Positions 38,068-47,202 of a stretch of DNA of 50,336 bases are shown in pieces. The notes below the pieces were generated by a model, which saw nothing but the letters and a program-made list of their open reading frames with translations, searched no databases and was not told the origin of the DNA. Made by a program: the position numbers and the translations under genes. This stretch comes from Myxococcota bacterium. Lineage in GTDB: Bacteria; Myxococcota_A; UBA9160; SMWR01. How positions within the stretch are numbered: the first letter of the stretch is position 1; each line of letters begins with the position of its first letter. The stretch spans positions 1 through 50,336 of the forward strand of contig JBFGGA010000002.1 of assembly GCA_041579295.1 (NCBI GenBank). Reading direction: 5' to 3'.

Positions 38068-39285
38068 ATGCCAGGGCGCGTATCGATCACGGCACTGCTC
38101 TTCTTCGTGGTGCTATCCCCACGCGCCGCGACCGGAGATTCCGACTCGCCCGGCACCCCGTCCGGGCAAAGCGGCGCGCTGAAAAGGCGTGGGATCGCGC
38201 TCGAGGCGGTCGCCAAGTCCGATCTCCTCTACAACGCGCGCGGTGGCATCGAACGAGACGGCACCGCGCTGGGAAACTTCGATCTGACGCTCGAGCTCGA
38301 CACCCAGGCGGCCGGCCTCTGGTCGGGCGGCCGTCTTCGGCTCTACGGGTTGGGCAACTGGAACCACGGCGGCTTCATCAGCCAGATCGCGGGGGACCTC
38401 CAGGTCACGAGCAACATCGAGGCGCCCGAAGCCATCCGCCTCTACGAAGCCTGGTACGAGCATCGCCTCGCGGACGACCGCCTCTCCGTGCTGGTCGGGC
38501 TGCACGACCTCAACAGCGAGTTCGACGCGATCGAGTACGGCGCGATGTTTCTCAACAGCTCGTTCGGGATCTCGGCCGACATCGCGCAGACATCGCCCTC
38601 CATCTTTCCCACGACGGCGCTCGCGGTGCGGCTTCGCGCCGAGCCCAGCGAATGCAGCTACGCGCTCGCGGCCGTCTACGACGGTGTACCCGGCGATCCC
38701 GACCACTCATCCCGCACGACCATCCGCTTCGACGACGGCGATGGCGTCTTCGCGGTGCTCGAGGCCGGGCTCGCGCGCGGCGAGCCCGGGCGGCGCGACT
38801 ACCTCAAGCTCGGCGCGGGAACCTGGCTGCACACCGCGCGCGTGGAGCGCTTCGACGGCGAGATTAACGACCGGAACTTCGGCGTCTATCTGATCGGCGA
38901 GAAGACGATCCTCGCCGAGGCCGACGAGGCGCAGGGGCTCGGAGCCTTCGTGCAGCTCGGCTACGCGGACGAAGACCGCAATCGACTCGCCTACTACTGG
39001 GGCGCGGGCGTCCGTTACGTCGGACTGATCCCCGGACGCGACCGCGACGAGGCCGGTGTGGCGGTGGCGAGCGCTTGGAATGGAGACGACTTCGCCCGCC
39101 ACGCGCGGATCGTCGAAGCGGTCCCCGTCGAGCGCACCGAGAGCGTGATCGAGGTGGCCTATCGGGCCGAGATCTTTCCCGGGTTGATCCTGCAGCCCGA
39201 TCTGCAGTACGTCATCAATCCCAGCATGGATCCCGAGCTGAAGAACGCGCTGCAGGTCGGAATTCGCGTGGAGATGGCTTTCTGA
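38068..39285 (+). CDS. OprB-family (carbohydrate-selective type) outer-membrane porin
   Basis: 405 aa with a signal peptide (ITALLFFVVLSPRAATG). OprB-like segments: DLLYNARGG, GNFDLTLELD, LHDLNSEFD, IFPTTALAVRL, LQPDLQYVINPS. Confidence 0.8.
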   Translation: MPGRVSITALLFFVVLSPRAATGDSDSPGTPSGQSGALKRRGIALEAVAKSDLLYNARGGIERDGTALGNFDLTLELDTQAAGLWSGGRLRLYGLGNWNHGGFISQIAGDLQVTSNIEAPEAIRLYEAWYEHRLADDRLSVLVGLHDLNSEFDAIEYGAMFLNSSFGISADIAQTSPSIFPTTALAVRLRAEPSECSYALAAVYDGVPGDPDHSSRTTIRFDDGDGVFAVLEAGLARGEPGRRDYLKLGAGTWLHTARVERFDGEINDRNFGVYLIGEKTILAEADEAQGLGAFVQLGYADEDRNRLAYYWGAGVRYVGLIPGRDRDEAGVAVASAWNGDDFARHARIVEAVPVERTESVIEVAYRAEIFPGLILQPDLQYVINPSMDPELKNALQVGIRVEMAF

Positions 39286-39316
39286 TGCCGCCCGGGTGAA
39301 CGACGTGCAGGTCCGA

Positions 39317-40702
39317 TCACGGCAGCGCGATCCGCAGCATGAAGTGCGCCATGAACTGCGAGAGCTTCTCCTCGGAGCCGGGGCCGAAGGGATTGACGGT
39401 GGGGTCGGTGTTGTGGTTGGTCTTTTCCGTCTCCAGCACGTACTCGACGCCGATGTCGAGGGTCCACCGCCCCCGGGTGAAACCGAGCCCGGCGGTGAAG
39501 TGATCCTCGCCGATGGCCGGGAAGAACGGCCTCAGGTAATCGTTCGGGATCGGCGTATCGCCGTGGTTGTAGCCGAGGCGCAGCGCCCAGCCTTCGACGG
39601 GCGTGATCTCCACCCCGAGCGCGAACACCCACTGGTCGTCCCAGTTCATCTCGAACGGGATTTCCCGCGACGGCGGCGCGAGTGGATTGCCCGGATTCTC
39701 GATCCGGATCTCGAGCCGTTCGATCGCGTTCGACCAGTTGATCCAATCGACGTCGCCCGAAATCAGCAGCCAGCGGCTCACCCGATACGCCGCTCCGAGG
39801 CCCGCGCGGCGAGGCCACTCGAAGCCGGAGATCTCCGCGTCGTAGTCCACCTTGCCGAGCCCGAGCGCCGACAGGTTCAGCGTCATCGTGCCACCGTCGA
39901 GATCCAGCGAGGTTTCGGTGAAGTAGGCTCCGCCGATCGACAGGTTGCCCTTTCGGTACTGGAAACCGATCCGCCCCCCGAATCCAAATGCGGAGGTGTC
40001 CTCGAGATTCATGCCGAAGAACGCATCGCGCATGCTGTCGCCGACCGTTCCGCTCATGTCCAGATCGGCCAGAACCGAGGTCTCCGGAAACAGCTTCATG
40101 TCCGCCCTCGCATAACCGACGTTGAGGGCCGCCCCGACGCTCCATTCGGGCGTGATCTGCCAGGCCACGGTCGGCGTGAGCTTCGCGAACATCACGCGCG
40201 TGCGCGCTTCGTCGCGGTCGGGCACCGAGTCGCCGTCGAAGAATCCGGGGGGCAGCATCCCGGAGTTCTTCATCGCCGACACGGGCGTCACCAGGCCGCG
40301 ATACTCGGCTCCGAGACCGCCCTGGACGAACAAGCCCGCCCCGAGGGTGACCCTTCCGATCGGGTGCACGTAGGCGAGATACGGCATCGGGATGCGGTCC
40401 AGCCGATCCTTCCCGTCGTTGCCGAGCCGGTCGCGGTGCTCCACCGAGGGCCACACGTGACTCAAGCCGACATCGAGCTCGGGAGCGGAGCAGCGGCTGA
40501 TCCCCGCCGGATTGATGTTCATCGCCGCGGGGCTGTCGGTGACCGCGAGGTCGGCCCCGCCCATGGAGACCGACTCCGCACCGAAGCCGATCATGTTCAT
40601 GCCGTTGGAGGCGTGCGAGGTCGACGCCGCGAATGCGACGAGCCACGCACAGCGAACGAAGCTGAGCGCTACCCGGTGAAGCGTCATGAGGATTTCTTCC
40701 AT
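39317..40702 (-). CDS. FadL/OMPP1/TodX-family outer-membrane transporter for hydrophobic compounds
   Basis: 461 aa. Signal peptide, then GFGAESVSMGGADLAVTDSPAAMNINPAG, a beta-barrel-like alternating pattern and a terminal aromatic-rich strand. Start is either ATG 40702 or ATG 40687. Confidence 0.85.
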   Translation of the reverse strand: MEEILMTLHRVALSFVRCAWLVAFAASTSHASNGMNMIGFGAESVSMGGADLAVTDSPAAMNINPAGISRCSAPELDVGLSHVWPSVEHRDRLGNDGKDRLDRIPMPYLAYVHPIGRVTLGAGLFVQGGLGAEYRGLVTPVSAMKNSGMLPPGFFDGDSVPDRDEARTRVMFAKLTPTVAWQITPEWSVGAALNVGYARADMKLFPETSVLADLDMSGTVGDSMRDAFFGMNLEDTSAFGFGGRIGFQYRKGNLSIGGAYFTETSLDLDGGTMTLNLSALGLGKVDYDAEISGFEWPRRAGLGAAYRVSRWLLISGDVDWINWSNAIERLEIRIENPGNPLAPPSREIPFEMNWDDQWVFALGVEITPVEGWALRLGYNHGDTPIPNDYLRPFFPAIGEDHFTAGLGFTRGRWTLDIGVEYVLETEKTNHNTDPTVNPFGPGSEEKLSQFMAHFMLRIALP

Positions 40703-40742
40703 CGATCGCCGCCCGCAGCGCCGGCCTGGTCGACCGCGCGCG

Positions 40743-41246
40743 TCAGAAGCGCAGCTGCTTCATGACGACGCCGCAGAGCACGGCCGACCACCCGGCCGCG
40801 ATCGCGATGTAGTGCAAGACCGCTCCCTTGGTGGTCATCACCCCCATGAAGACCGGAGGATCATCGGCATCCGGGTCACAGCAGAGCCCGCGCTTGCTGT
40901 GGATGCCGAGTATCCGGGGAGCCAGCAGGAAGATCATCACCGGAACGACCGCAAAGAAGATGTGAAGGACGAAGGCGCCGGCTCTCGCACCGCCTCTTTC
41001 GACATCGGGAGCGTCGTGGAGCAGGACGGCCTGCACGACCCCCGAGAGGACGAGCAGGCTGATGAACGTGCCGACGAAGATCCGCGCTCTCGGGATGAAG
41101 TTGGCGATGAACTGCTGTCTGTGCTCGTAGTCGAGGTGCTTCCTCAAGACGGGCAGGAGCACGAAGGTCCCCAGGAACATCGTTCCGAGGAAGCCGACGG
41201 CACACAGGATGTGAATCCACGCGGAGACGATCTCGAGCACGACCAT
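40743..41246 (-). CDS. integral membrane protein (4-5 TM; possibly CopD/DUF-type), function unknown
   Basis: 167 aa, coding-like GC3, four long hydrophobic helices. Contains a CC pair (KRGLCCDPDADD) in a loop. Confidence 0.7.
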   Translation of the reverse strand: MVVLEIVSAWIHILCAVGFLGTMFLGTFVLLPVLRKHLDYEHRQQFIANFIPRARIFVGTFISLLVLSGVVQAVLLHDAPDVERGGARAGAFVLHIFFAVVPVMIFLLAPRILGIHSKRGLCCDPDADDPPVFMGVMTTKGAVLHYIAIAAGWSAVLCGVVMKQLRF

Positions 41247-41295
41247 AATTCTTCCCTTCGACCGGGCGACCCCGGAAACAAGGAGATAACACCCC

Positions 41296-41306
41296 TGATA
41301 TTATCA
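41296..41306. promoter_or_regulatory. AT-rich palindrome TGATATTATCA in a divergent promoter region (possible metalloregulator half-box)
   Basis: Perfect 5-1-5 palindrome in the AT-rich island between the divergent genes starting at 41246 (-) and 41511 (+). It resembles the TGATAAT/ATTATCA core of Fur-type boxes but is shorter. Confidence 0.3.
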
Positions 41307-41510
41307 TCGGCCAAAAGAAATTAATTCCCCTATTCGCCATGCCTTCCAGGAGACTTGAACCCCCTCCTCGACAAAGCCTCGGAGAATTCGGTGCATGGGA
41401 GGGAGTGGGGGCGATCCTCGGGCCGCCGTCGCGTCGCACGGTCGAACAAGACGACGCCATCGCGCGCCTCCGACCCAGCGGTGATCGACGGAGAGGCGGT
41501 GATGCCGTGA

Positions 41511-41738
41511 ATGGGGCACTATTCCCCACCGGAGAATCCAGATCGTAAGGGTTGGGAAATCCAGATCTGCGGCTTCGTCTACGACGAGGCGGACGGAATG
41601 CGCGACGAAGGCATCGCACCTGGCACGCGCTGGGAGGGCATCCCCGATGCCTGGGTCTGCCCGAACCGCGGCACCGCGAAGGGCGCATGCGAGATGGTCG
41701 AGCTCGTAGTCCGAGAGAAGATGGCATGCTTGCCGTGA
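41511..41738 (+). CDS. rubredoxin-like protein lacking two of the four canonical Cys ligands
   Basis: 75 aa. WEIQICGFVYDEADGMRDEGIAPGTRWEGIPDAWVCPNRG aligns to the rubredoxin pattern YxCxxCGYxYD...GIAPGTxFEDLPDDWVCPxCG, but CxxCG reads IQICG and CPxCG reads CPNRG. Extra Cys lie in GACEM and MACLP. Confidence 0.65.
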   Translation: MGHYSPPENPDRKGWEIQICGFVYDEADGMRDEGIAPGTRWEGIPDAWVCPNRGTAKGACEMVELVVREKMACLP

Positions 41739-42766
41739 GCGGCATCGCGTTTCGATATCCGCAGGCCGCCCGCTACCACGGGGGCGCGATCGCCTACGCG
41801 CTGCTCGCCTACGCGCTGGGATGGGCGGGGCTGTTTCACGGGAGCTGGCTCGTAAACGCGGCGGCCACCCTCCTGCTGGCGCACGGAATGACGATCGCCG
41901 CCTACATGGTCCACGAGTGCGGCCACAACACCGTATTCAAGAACAACGCTGCCAACGCACGCCTTGGGAAGTTCCTGAGTTGGATCTGCGGCGCCTCCTA
42001 CGGAACCTACGAAGACATTCGCTACAAGCACTTCCGCCACCACGTCGACGTCGACGACGTGGTCTGGTTCGACTACGAGCGCTACCTCCACGAACACAAG
42101 ACCCTGTGCCGCATCATCGAGGCGCTCGAGTGGTGCTACATCCCCGCGCACGATCTGCTGATGCACTCCGTCATGATGTTCACGTCGTTCGTGATCCCGG
42201 AACGAAGGGATCAGCGCGCGCGGAACGTCGCGGTCATCGCGATCCGCGGATCGATCTTCTTCGGCGTGCTCTGGTTCTTCCCGAAAGCGGCCGTGCTCTA
42301 CATGGTCGCGTACATGATCATGATGACGATCCTGCGCTTCATGGACAGCCTGCAGCACGACTACGGCTACCACCTGACGTTGTTCTCCGACGAGCCCGCT
42401 CCGCACAAGGGCGACTTCGAATGGGAGCAGGAGCACACGTTCAGCAATCCGCACTCCTTCCGCTGCGAGTGGGTGAACTGGTTCACGCTGAACTTCGGCT
42501 TCCACAATGCGCACCACGCGAAACCGGCCACTCCGTGGTGGCGACTTCCCGCGCTGCACCGCGAGCTCTTCGGCGACGACCCGAGCAACGTGATTCCGCT
42601 GTGGCCGCAGCTCACGGTCTTCCACAAGCACCGCGTGCACCGCATCGTGAAGGGAAGCGCCGAGCGGGACATCGACCCCGACGCCTGGGGGCACACTTTC
42701 CTGCTGGCCGCCCGCGCCGGCCGGGTGCTCGGTGGAAACGCGGCTTCGTTCCTGACCTCCTTCTGA
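41726..42766 (+). CDS. membrane fatty-acid desaturase family protein (di-iron, three His boxes)
   Basis: 346 aa. The ATG overlaps the end of the rubredoxin-like gene by 13 nt. His boxes HECGH, HFRHH and HNAHH, with hydrophobic helices between them. Confidence 0.85.
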   Translation: MLAVSGIAFRYPQAARYHGGAIAYALLAYALGWAGLFHGSWLVNAAATLLLAHGMTIAAYMVHECGHNTVFKNNAANARLGKFLSWICGASYGTYEDIRYKHFRHHVDVDDVVWFDYERYLHEHKTLCRIIEALEWCYIPAHDLLMHSVMMFTSFVIPERRDQRARNVAVIAIRGSIFFGVLWFFPKAAVLYMVAYMIMMTILRFMDSLQHDYGYHLTLFSDEPAPHKGDFEWEQEHTFSNPHSFRCEWVNWFTLNFGFHNAHHAKPATPWWRLPALHRELFGDDPSNVIPLWPQLTVFHKHRVHRIVKGSAERDIDPDAWGHTFLLAARAGRVLGGNAASFLTSF

Positions 42767-42781
42767 GTCGAGCGGGAACTC

Positions 42782-43588
42782 GTGAGAAAGGCCGCACAGA
42801 CCGTCCCCGCTTGGGCAATCGGCTGCATGGACCGCGAGTACATCGTGCTCGACGGCGGCCCGAAGGATCCCTCGGTCGCAATCTGGCTCCAGACCGAGTC
42901 GATGTTCTTCGATCTGCGCAAGCCGTACGATCGCCCGGCTCTGGCGGGACGGAGCTCGCTCGAGGACTTCTCGGCCGACGAGCTGATGCAGCTGGCAAGG
43001 CATTCTGGGGACGTCGGGATCTGCAGCATCGAAGATCAGGTGGCGACGTGGAAGGGATGGGGCGATCGCTTCGGATTCTTCTGCGACGATGTCGCGGTCT
43101 TCCCCGAGGACGGCCGCCTCGAGCCCAGGGGCGACGTGATCTACGAATACGAGACGGCGAACAGCCCCGTCCCCTACGAGGAGGCCTGGGTCCGGCAACC
43201 GCGCGAGGGCGGCCTGGTCGCGCACCTCACGCTGCGCGCCGAGTCCGGGCCGGATGAAGTGCTCGCCGTGCTGCTCGTGGTGGACCGTTACGCGGGCTAC
43301 GTGGAGAGATCGACGAGTGAAAACCGCCTCAGCCTCGAAACGCAACTGCGGGAGGCGGCGTGCGACCTCCGCCGCATGCGCGCAATCCTCGACTGCGAGG
43401 CGAGCTACGCGATCCGCGCGCACGACGACGCGCGATACATCGTCCGCCACAGCAACTTCCCGTTTCGTGAGGGAGCCGAGCTGGACGTGCCCGAGATGAA
43501 CGCGCGCATCCTCGAGCACGATCGAAGGCTACCCGGCAGGCGCGAACACACCTGGTGGGACGTCGAATCCTGGTTCATCCAAAGCTGA
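42782..43588 (+). CDS. hypothetical protein (268 aa), third gene of the rubredoxin-like/desaturase cluster
   Basis: GTG start 16 nt after the desaturase stop (alternative ATG at 42827). Coding-like GC3, soluble, no motif I can assign. Confidence 0.65.
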   Translation: MRKAAQTVPAWAIGCMDREYIVLDGGPKDPSVAIWLQTESMFFDLRKPYDRPALAGRSSLEDFSADELMQLARHSGDVGICSIEDQVATWKGWGDRFGFFCDDVAVFPEDGRLEPRGDVIYEYETANSPVPYEEAWVRQPREGGLVAHLTLRAESGPDEVLAVLLVVDRYAGYVERSTSENRLSLETQLREAACDLRRMRAILDCEASYAIRAHDDARYIVRHSNFPFREGAELDVPEMNARILEHDRRLPGRREHTWWDVESWFIQS

Positions 43589-43640
43589 GGTCGCCCGGGC
43601 CGGAATGCGCCGGTGCCTCCGGCGATCCGCGATCCAGCCT

Positions 43641-44261
43641 TCAGGAGGGCGGCTTGCCGTCTGCGGCCCGCTCGCGCGCGACCGCACGGGCGCCGTCCCG
43701 TTGTGGGCGCGCCGTCGGCATCCTCTCGAGAAGGCGCGCGACCGCATCGCCCACCGGCGGCGAGCGGGACTGCTCGTAGCGCTGCGCGAGCGCGCCACGC
43801 CAGACCACGCTGCGCTCGCGCAAATCGATCGCCACGATCCTCAGGTCGGCCACCTGGTAACGATGCGTCTCGTAGGTGGTGGCCTGCACCTCGAACGAGG
43901 GAGAGCTGTGCAGGCTGTTCAGCGTCTGGACGGCGCCGGTGCGCGCGATCTGGACGACCTCTCGTCGCAGCTCGAAATCGAAATCGACGAGCAGCTCCGC
44001 GCGGCCGGGGGCACGCAGGAAACCCCGAGCGCGCATCGCCTCCGCGATCCGACGCGCGACGCGCCGCTCCAGCTCCGAGCTCGGATCCGCGGCTGCGCCC
44101 GGCGTTTCGCCGGGGCCGCGCAACCAGTCCCAGGTTCGATAGCGGGATAGGTCACCCGGCTCTTCGACGCGCGGGCCCGACGTCGTCGCGCAGCCCGCGA
44201 CGCTCGCGAGCAGCGGGATCGAGAGGAACAGCCGAATCGCAGACTGGAGAGCAGCTCGCAT
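43641..44261 (-). CDS. lipoprotein (DUF4136-like)
   Basis: 206 aa. Lipobox LLASVAGC with GGGGAG SD. A TATAAT hexamer (plus-strand attata 44285-44290) lies 23 nt upstream of the ATG. Confidence 0.75.
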   Translation of the reverse strand: MRAALQSAIRLFLSIPLLASVAGCATTSGPRVEEPGDLSRYRTWDWLRGPGETPGAAADPSSELERRVARRIAEAMRARGFLRAPGRAELLVDFDFELRREVVQIARTGAVQTLNSLHSSPSFEVQATTYETHRYQVADLRIVAIDLRERSVVWRGALAQRYEQSRSPPVGDAVARLLERMPTARPQRDGARAVARERAADGKPPS

Positions 44262-44395
44262 GATCTCCCCGGAGCGCTCGGGCGATTATACACGATGCTG
44301 ATTCGGTCCGGCGATGCACCCCGCCGCACCCCTCGGGCGGCGGTGCGGGGCGCGAGCGCCGCGCGCCCCCGTGGCGGCGGCGCGGCCCTCCGAGC

Positions 44396-44821
44396 TCAGC
44401 GCACAAACAAGACGGGGCAGTCGGAGACGAGGGCCACCTGGTGACTGATCGTTCCAAGGCCGCCGACGGGTTGATCGCGGTCGATCCGATGCGAGGAGAG
44501 GACGATCAGATCGCAGGCGAGCTCCCGGGCCTGGTTGAGAATCTCGCGCGCGCGGTGACCGTAGGAGATCCGGGGCTCGATCTTGATCCCCCTGGCGCCG
44601 AAGTCCTCGATCCAGACGTTCAGCGCGGCGCGCGCCTTGAACTCCAGCTCGGAATAGAACCCCTCCAGATCTCCGTCGTCCGAGCCCTCGATCGTCTCGA
44701 TCACGTGAAGCAACCAGACCACACCGCGATCGGGATCGGCGAGATCGAGCGCCATCGGAATGGCGGCCTCGCCTCGACTCGACAGGTCCAGCGGAACCAG
44801 GATCTTAGAAAACACGCGCAT
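44396..44821 (-). CDS. universal stress protein (UspA family)
   Basis: 141 aa. Motifs ILVPLDLS and DLIVLSSHR...GLGTISHQVALVSDCPVLFVR. GGGAG SD. Confidence 0.85.
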   Translation of the reverse strand: MRVFSKILVPLDLSSRGEAAIPMALDLADPDRGVVWLLHVIETIEGSDDGDLEGFYSELEFKARAALNVWIEDFGARGIKIEPRISYGHRAREILNQARELACDLIVLSSHRIDRDQPVGGLGTISHQVALVSDCPVLFVR

Positions 44822-44986
44822 CGCCTACTCCCAGCAGCGGATCGAGCTGCAAGGCGAAAGCATCCCCGCTTTTTTGACGTTCGGCAACGACCGCGCCGCT
44901 CCCGCCCGGGGCAGCGCGCGCGGCCGCCGAGGCGAGCGGACGCCTGTGGGATCCCCTCCGGCGCGCCGCGCATCCGGCCGCCGACC

Positions 44987-45535
44987 TCACTGGACGCGTG
45001 CGTGATCCCGGAAGTCGCGCGCGAGGATGTCGATCACCCGATGTGCGGTCTCCGAGTAGGTGTGGATCCCGTCCAGATGCAGGTCGGAGGAGAGATGCTC
45101 GTCGCGCGCGAGCGAGCGACCCCGCTTGCGCGTGAAGCGCATGATCTCCTTCCAGGCCGCGTGCTCTTCACCGCGCGCCAGATCGTGCACGTATTCGAGA
45201 ACGATGCTGCGGGCCTCGGAATCGAGCACCGCGAGAACGTCCTCGTCGACGAAATTGCGCTCGCAACCCTCGAGGGGTACGGGCTCGTTGCGCTCGAGCT
45301 CGTCGGCAAGGGCTCTGCAGACGTCGCGGGCCACGTAGGTCTCGCTCGCGTACGCGCCCCAGAAGTGAGGCCAGCTGCGATTGTGGGCCTCCGCGATGTC
45401 GCGCGCGTGAAGCCAGGCATCCTCCTGGGCGTGCTTCCTCACCTCCAGCTCGCACCGCGAGAGCACGCGCTCGGGGATGTCTTGGACGTGTTCTTTGTGT
45501 CGAACGAGCCAGTCGAGGACTTCAGTCCGTTCCAT
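44987..45535 (-). CDS. hypothetical protein (182 aa) downstream of the mttB-family cluster
   Basis: ATG 45535 is preceded by GGAGG. It is the terminal part of track ORF 44987..46804; the rest of that ORF is out-of-context overlap with the MttB gene. High GC3, no recognisable motif. Confidence 0.7.
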   Translation of the reverse strand: MERTEVLDWLVRHKEHVQDIPERVLSRCELEVRKHAQEDAWLHARDIAEAHNRSWPHFWGAYASETYVARDVCRALADELERNEPVPLEGCERNFVDEDVLAVLDSEARSIVLEYVHDLARGEEHAAWKEIMRFTRKRGRSLARDEHLSSDLHLDGIHTYSETAHRVIDILARDFRDHARVQ

Positions 45536-45672
45536 CGGGTCCTCCGATCGCTGAGGCGTCGGAGGCCGGAGACGATCGGAGCGGCGGCGGGATCGGCGGC
45601 TCCGGAGATCCGGCGCCATGGAGCGAGTATACCACGCCCCGACGGAGCAACGGCACGGGAGGCTCGCGACCG

Positions 45673-47127
45673 CTACCCCGTGAGCTCGCGATCCGCGGCC
45701 GCCAGGATCCGATCGATCTCCTTCTGCTCGGCGGCGGAAGGCGGCTCGGGATGGTGGTTCTCGAGGATCCAGCCCACCTTCTCTCGAGCGACCTCCGCGG
45801 GATCCCGGTACTTGCCGGCCGCATCCAGCTCCTGGCAGTTGCTCCGCACCATCGCGCCGCGCATGTACCTGCGGGTGTGCTTCTCGCCGAGGAAGTGTCC
45901 GCCGGGCTGGACCTTCGCGGTGACGTCCACCGCGAGCGTCTCGGGCGTGATCTCCATGTCGAGAAGCGAGTAGCGAGCCAGGTCGTAGAGGTCGCTGTCG
46001 AGGATCATGGCTTCGGGATAGAGCAGCGTGTAGGTGTCGCGCAGCCCGACCCCGGTTGCGATCTCGGCGCCTGCCAGAGCCGCGAGCAGCGGATCGGTCG
46101 CGACCTCTGCCGCGGCCTGCCAGCTCGCCAGCTCGGCGCTGTCCGTGCCGAAGGCGCCGCCGAGCGCGGGCATGCCCCAGTGGTGGGCGATCTCGACGGG
46201 CGCGAACCGCACCCGCGCATCCAGCGGATAGCCGACGTAGCCCCCCGTTCGCGGATCCGCCCAGGCGTGGAGGATGCAGTGGAACACCCGCGCGCCGGGC
46301 GTGGCGAGCTGCAGGAGCACGGTGGCACTGATCACCTCCGCGTCTGCGAGCGCGAGCGCGCCCGCGTAGGTGGCCGGCGCGGTCGTACCCATCGTGGGCA
46401 TGGACATGATGATCACCGGGATGCCCGCCTCGGCCAGAACCAACGCCCCTTCGAGCGCTTCCCGATCCTGCACGAGCGGCGCGATCGTACACGCGATCAG
46501 CGAGATCGGGGGGCGGCGCCGGATCTCTTCGAGATTCCCGCGCAGCACGGTTGCCATCTCGACGCCGTAGCGACAGAGCTTCTCGCCCATCATCGTCACG
46601 CTCTGGTAGTGCTTGGTGTTGTTCTTCCAGACGGCGTCCATCTCGTGCAGCGGGGAGGTCGCACCGCAGTCCTGCGCGCTGACGATCGTCCAGCAGAAGG
46701 ACATGGAGGGCAGGTAATCGTTGATGCGCGCCATCATCGCGACGTCGGCCTTGGTCGACGCGCGCCGCTCGCCGGTCTCGAAGTCGACGACCTCGTGGCC
46801 GCAACCGTCGTTCGTGAAATACGTGATGCCGTCTTTCAGGGGCAGATCCAGATCGGGATCGCGCGCTCCCAGATCGAAATAGCGCGGGACGCTGGACATG
46901 GCCTTGAGAACCAGGTCGCGCGGCAGCTTGACGATCTGCGAGCTCCGGTCGACGGGGGCTCCGTGCTCCTCGAAGATCGCCAGCGCCTTTTCCGAATGGA
47001 ACCGCACGCCGACGTTCTCGAGGATGTCGAGCGTGGCCTCCCGCAAGGTGTCGAGCTGCTCGTCTTCGAGGAAGCGCAGCTTTCGGGATGTCGTGATGGG
47101 CTCGATCACATGACGTTCGCTGGTCAT
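45673..47127 (-). CDS. MttB-superfamily (trimethylamine methyltransferase-like) corrinoid-dependent methyltransferase, non-pyrrolysine
   Basis: 484 aa uninterrupted ORF. N-terminus LRFLEDEQLDTLREATLDILENVGVRF and full-length similarity to the two other paralogues in the window. GGAGA SD. Confidence 0.85.
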   Translation of the reverse strand: MTSERHVIEPITTSRKLRFLEDEQLDTLREATLDILENVGVRFHSEKALAIFEEHGAPVDRSSQIVKLPRDLVLKAMSSVPRYFDLGARDPDLDLPLKDGITYFTNDGCGHEVVDFETGERRASTKADVAMMARINDYLPSMSFCWTIVSAQDCGATSPLHEMDAVWKNNTKHYQSVTMMGEKLCRYGVEMATVLRGNLEEIRRRPPISLIACTIAPLVQDREALEGALVLAEAGIPVIIMSMPTMGTTAPATYAGALALADAEVISATVLLQLATPGARVFHCILHAWADPRTGGYVGYPLDARVRFAPVEIAHHWGMPALGGAFGTDSAELASWQAAAEVATDPLLAALAGAEIATGVGLRDTYTLLYPEAMILDSDLYDLARYSLLDMEITPETLAVDVTAKVQPGGHFLGEKHTRRYMRGAMVRSNCQELDAAGKYRDPAEVAREKVGWILENHHPEPPSAAEQKEIDRILAAADRELTG

Positions 47128-47146
47128 CTGGAGGGTCTCCCTAGCG

Positions 47147-47198
47147 AGCGAATCCTGCGGATTCGCTTGCAGCGTCCCTGCGAATCCTCTGGATTCGC
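47147..47198. repeat. two REP-like hairpins in the intercistronic gap of the corrinoid/mttB operon
   Basis: AGCGAATCC-tgc-GGATTCGCT (47147-47167) and GCGAATCC-tct-GGATTCGC (47180-47198). They lie between the corrinoid gene stop (47203) and the mttB-like start (47127). Confidence 0.8.
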
Positions 47199-47202
47199 CG
47201 TC

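Noticed and set aside
41339-41548. 69-aa ORF in the AT-rich gap upstream of the rubredoxin-like gene
   Set aside because: About 40 percent of its codons end in A/T, unlike real genes here. It has no SD, overlaps the rubredoxin-like start, and has an Arg/Gly/Pro-rich composition.
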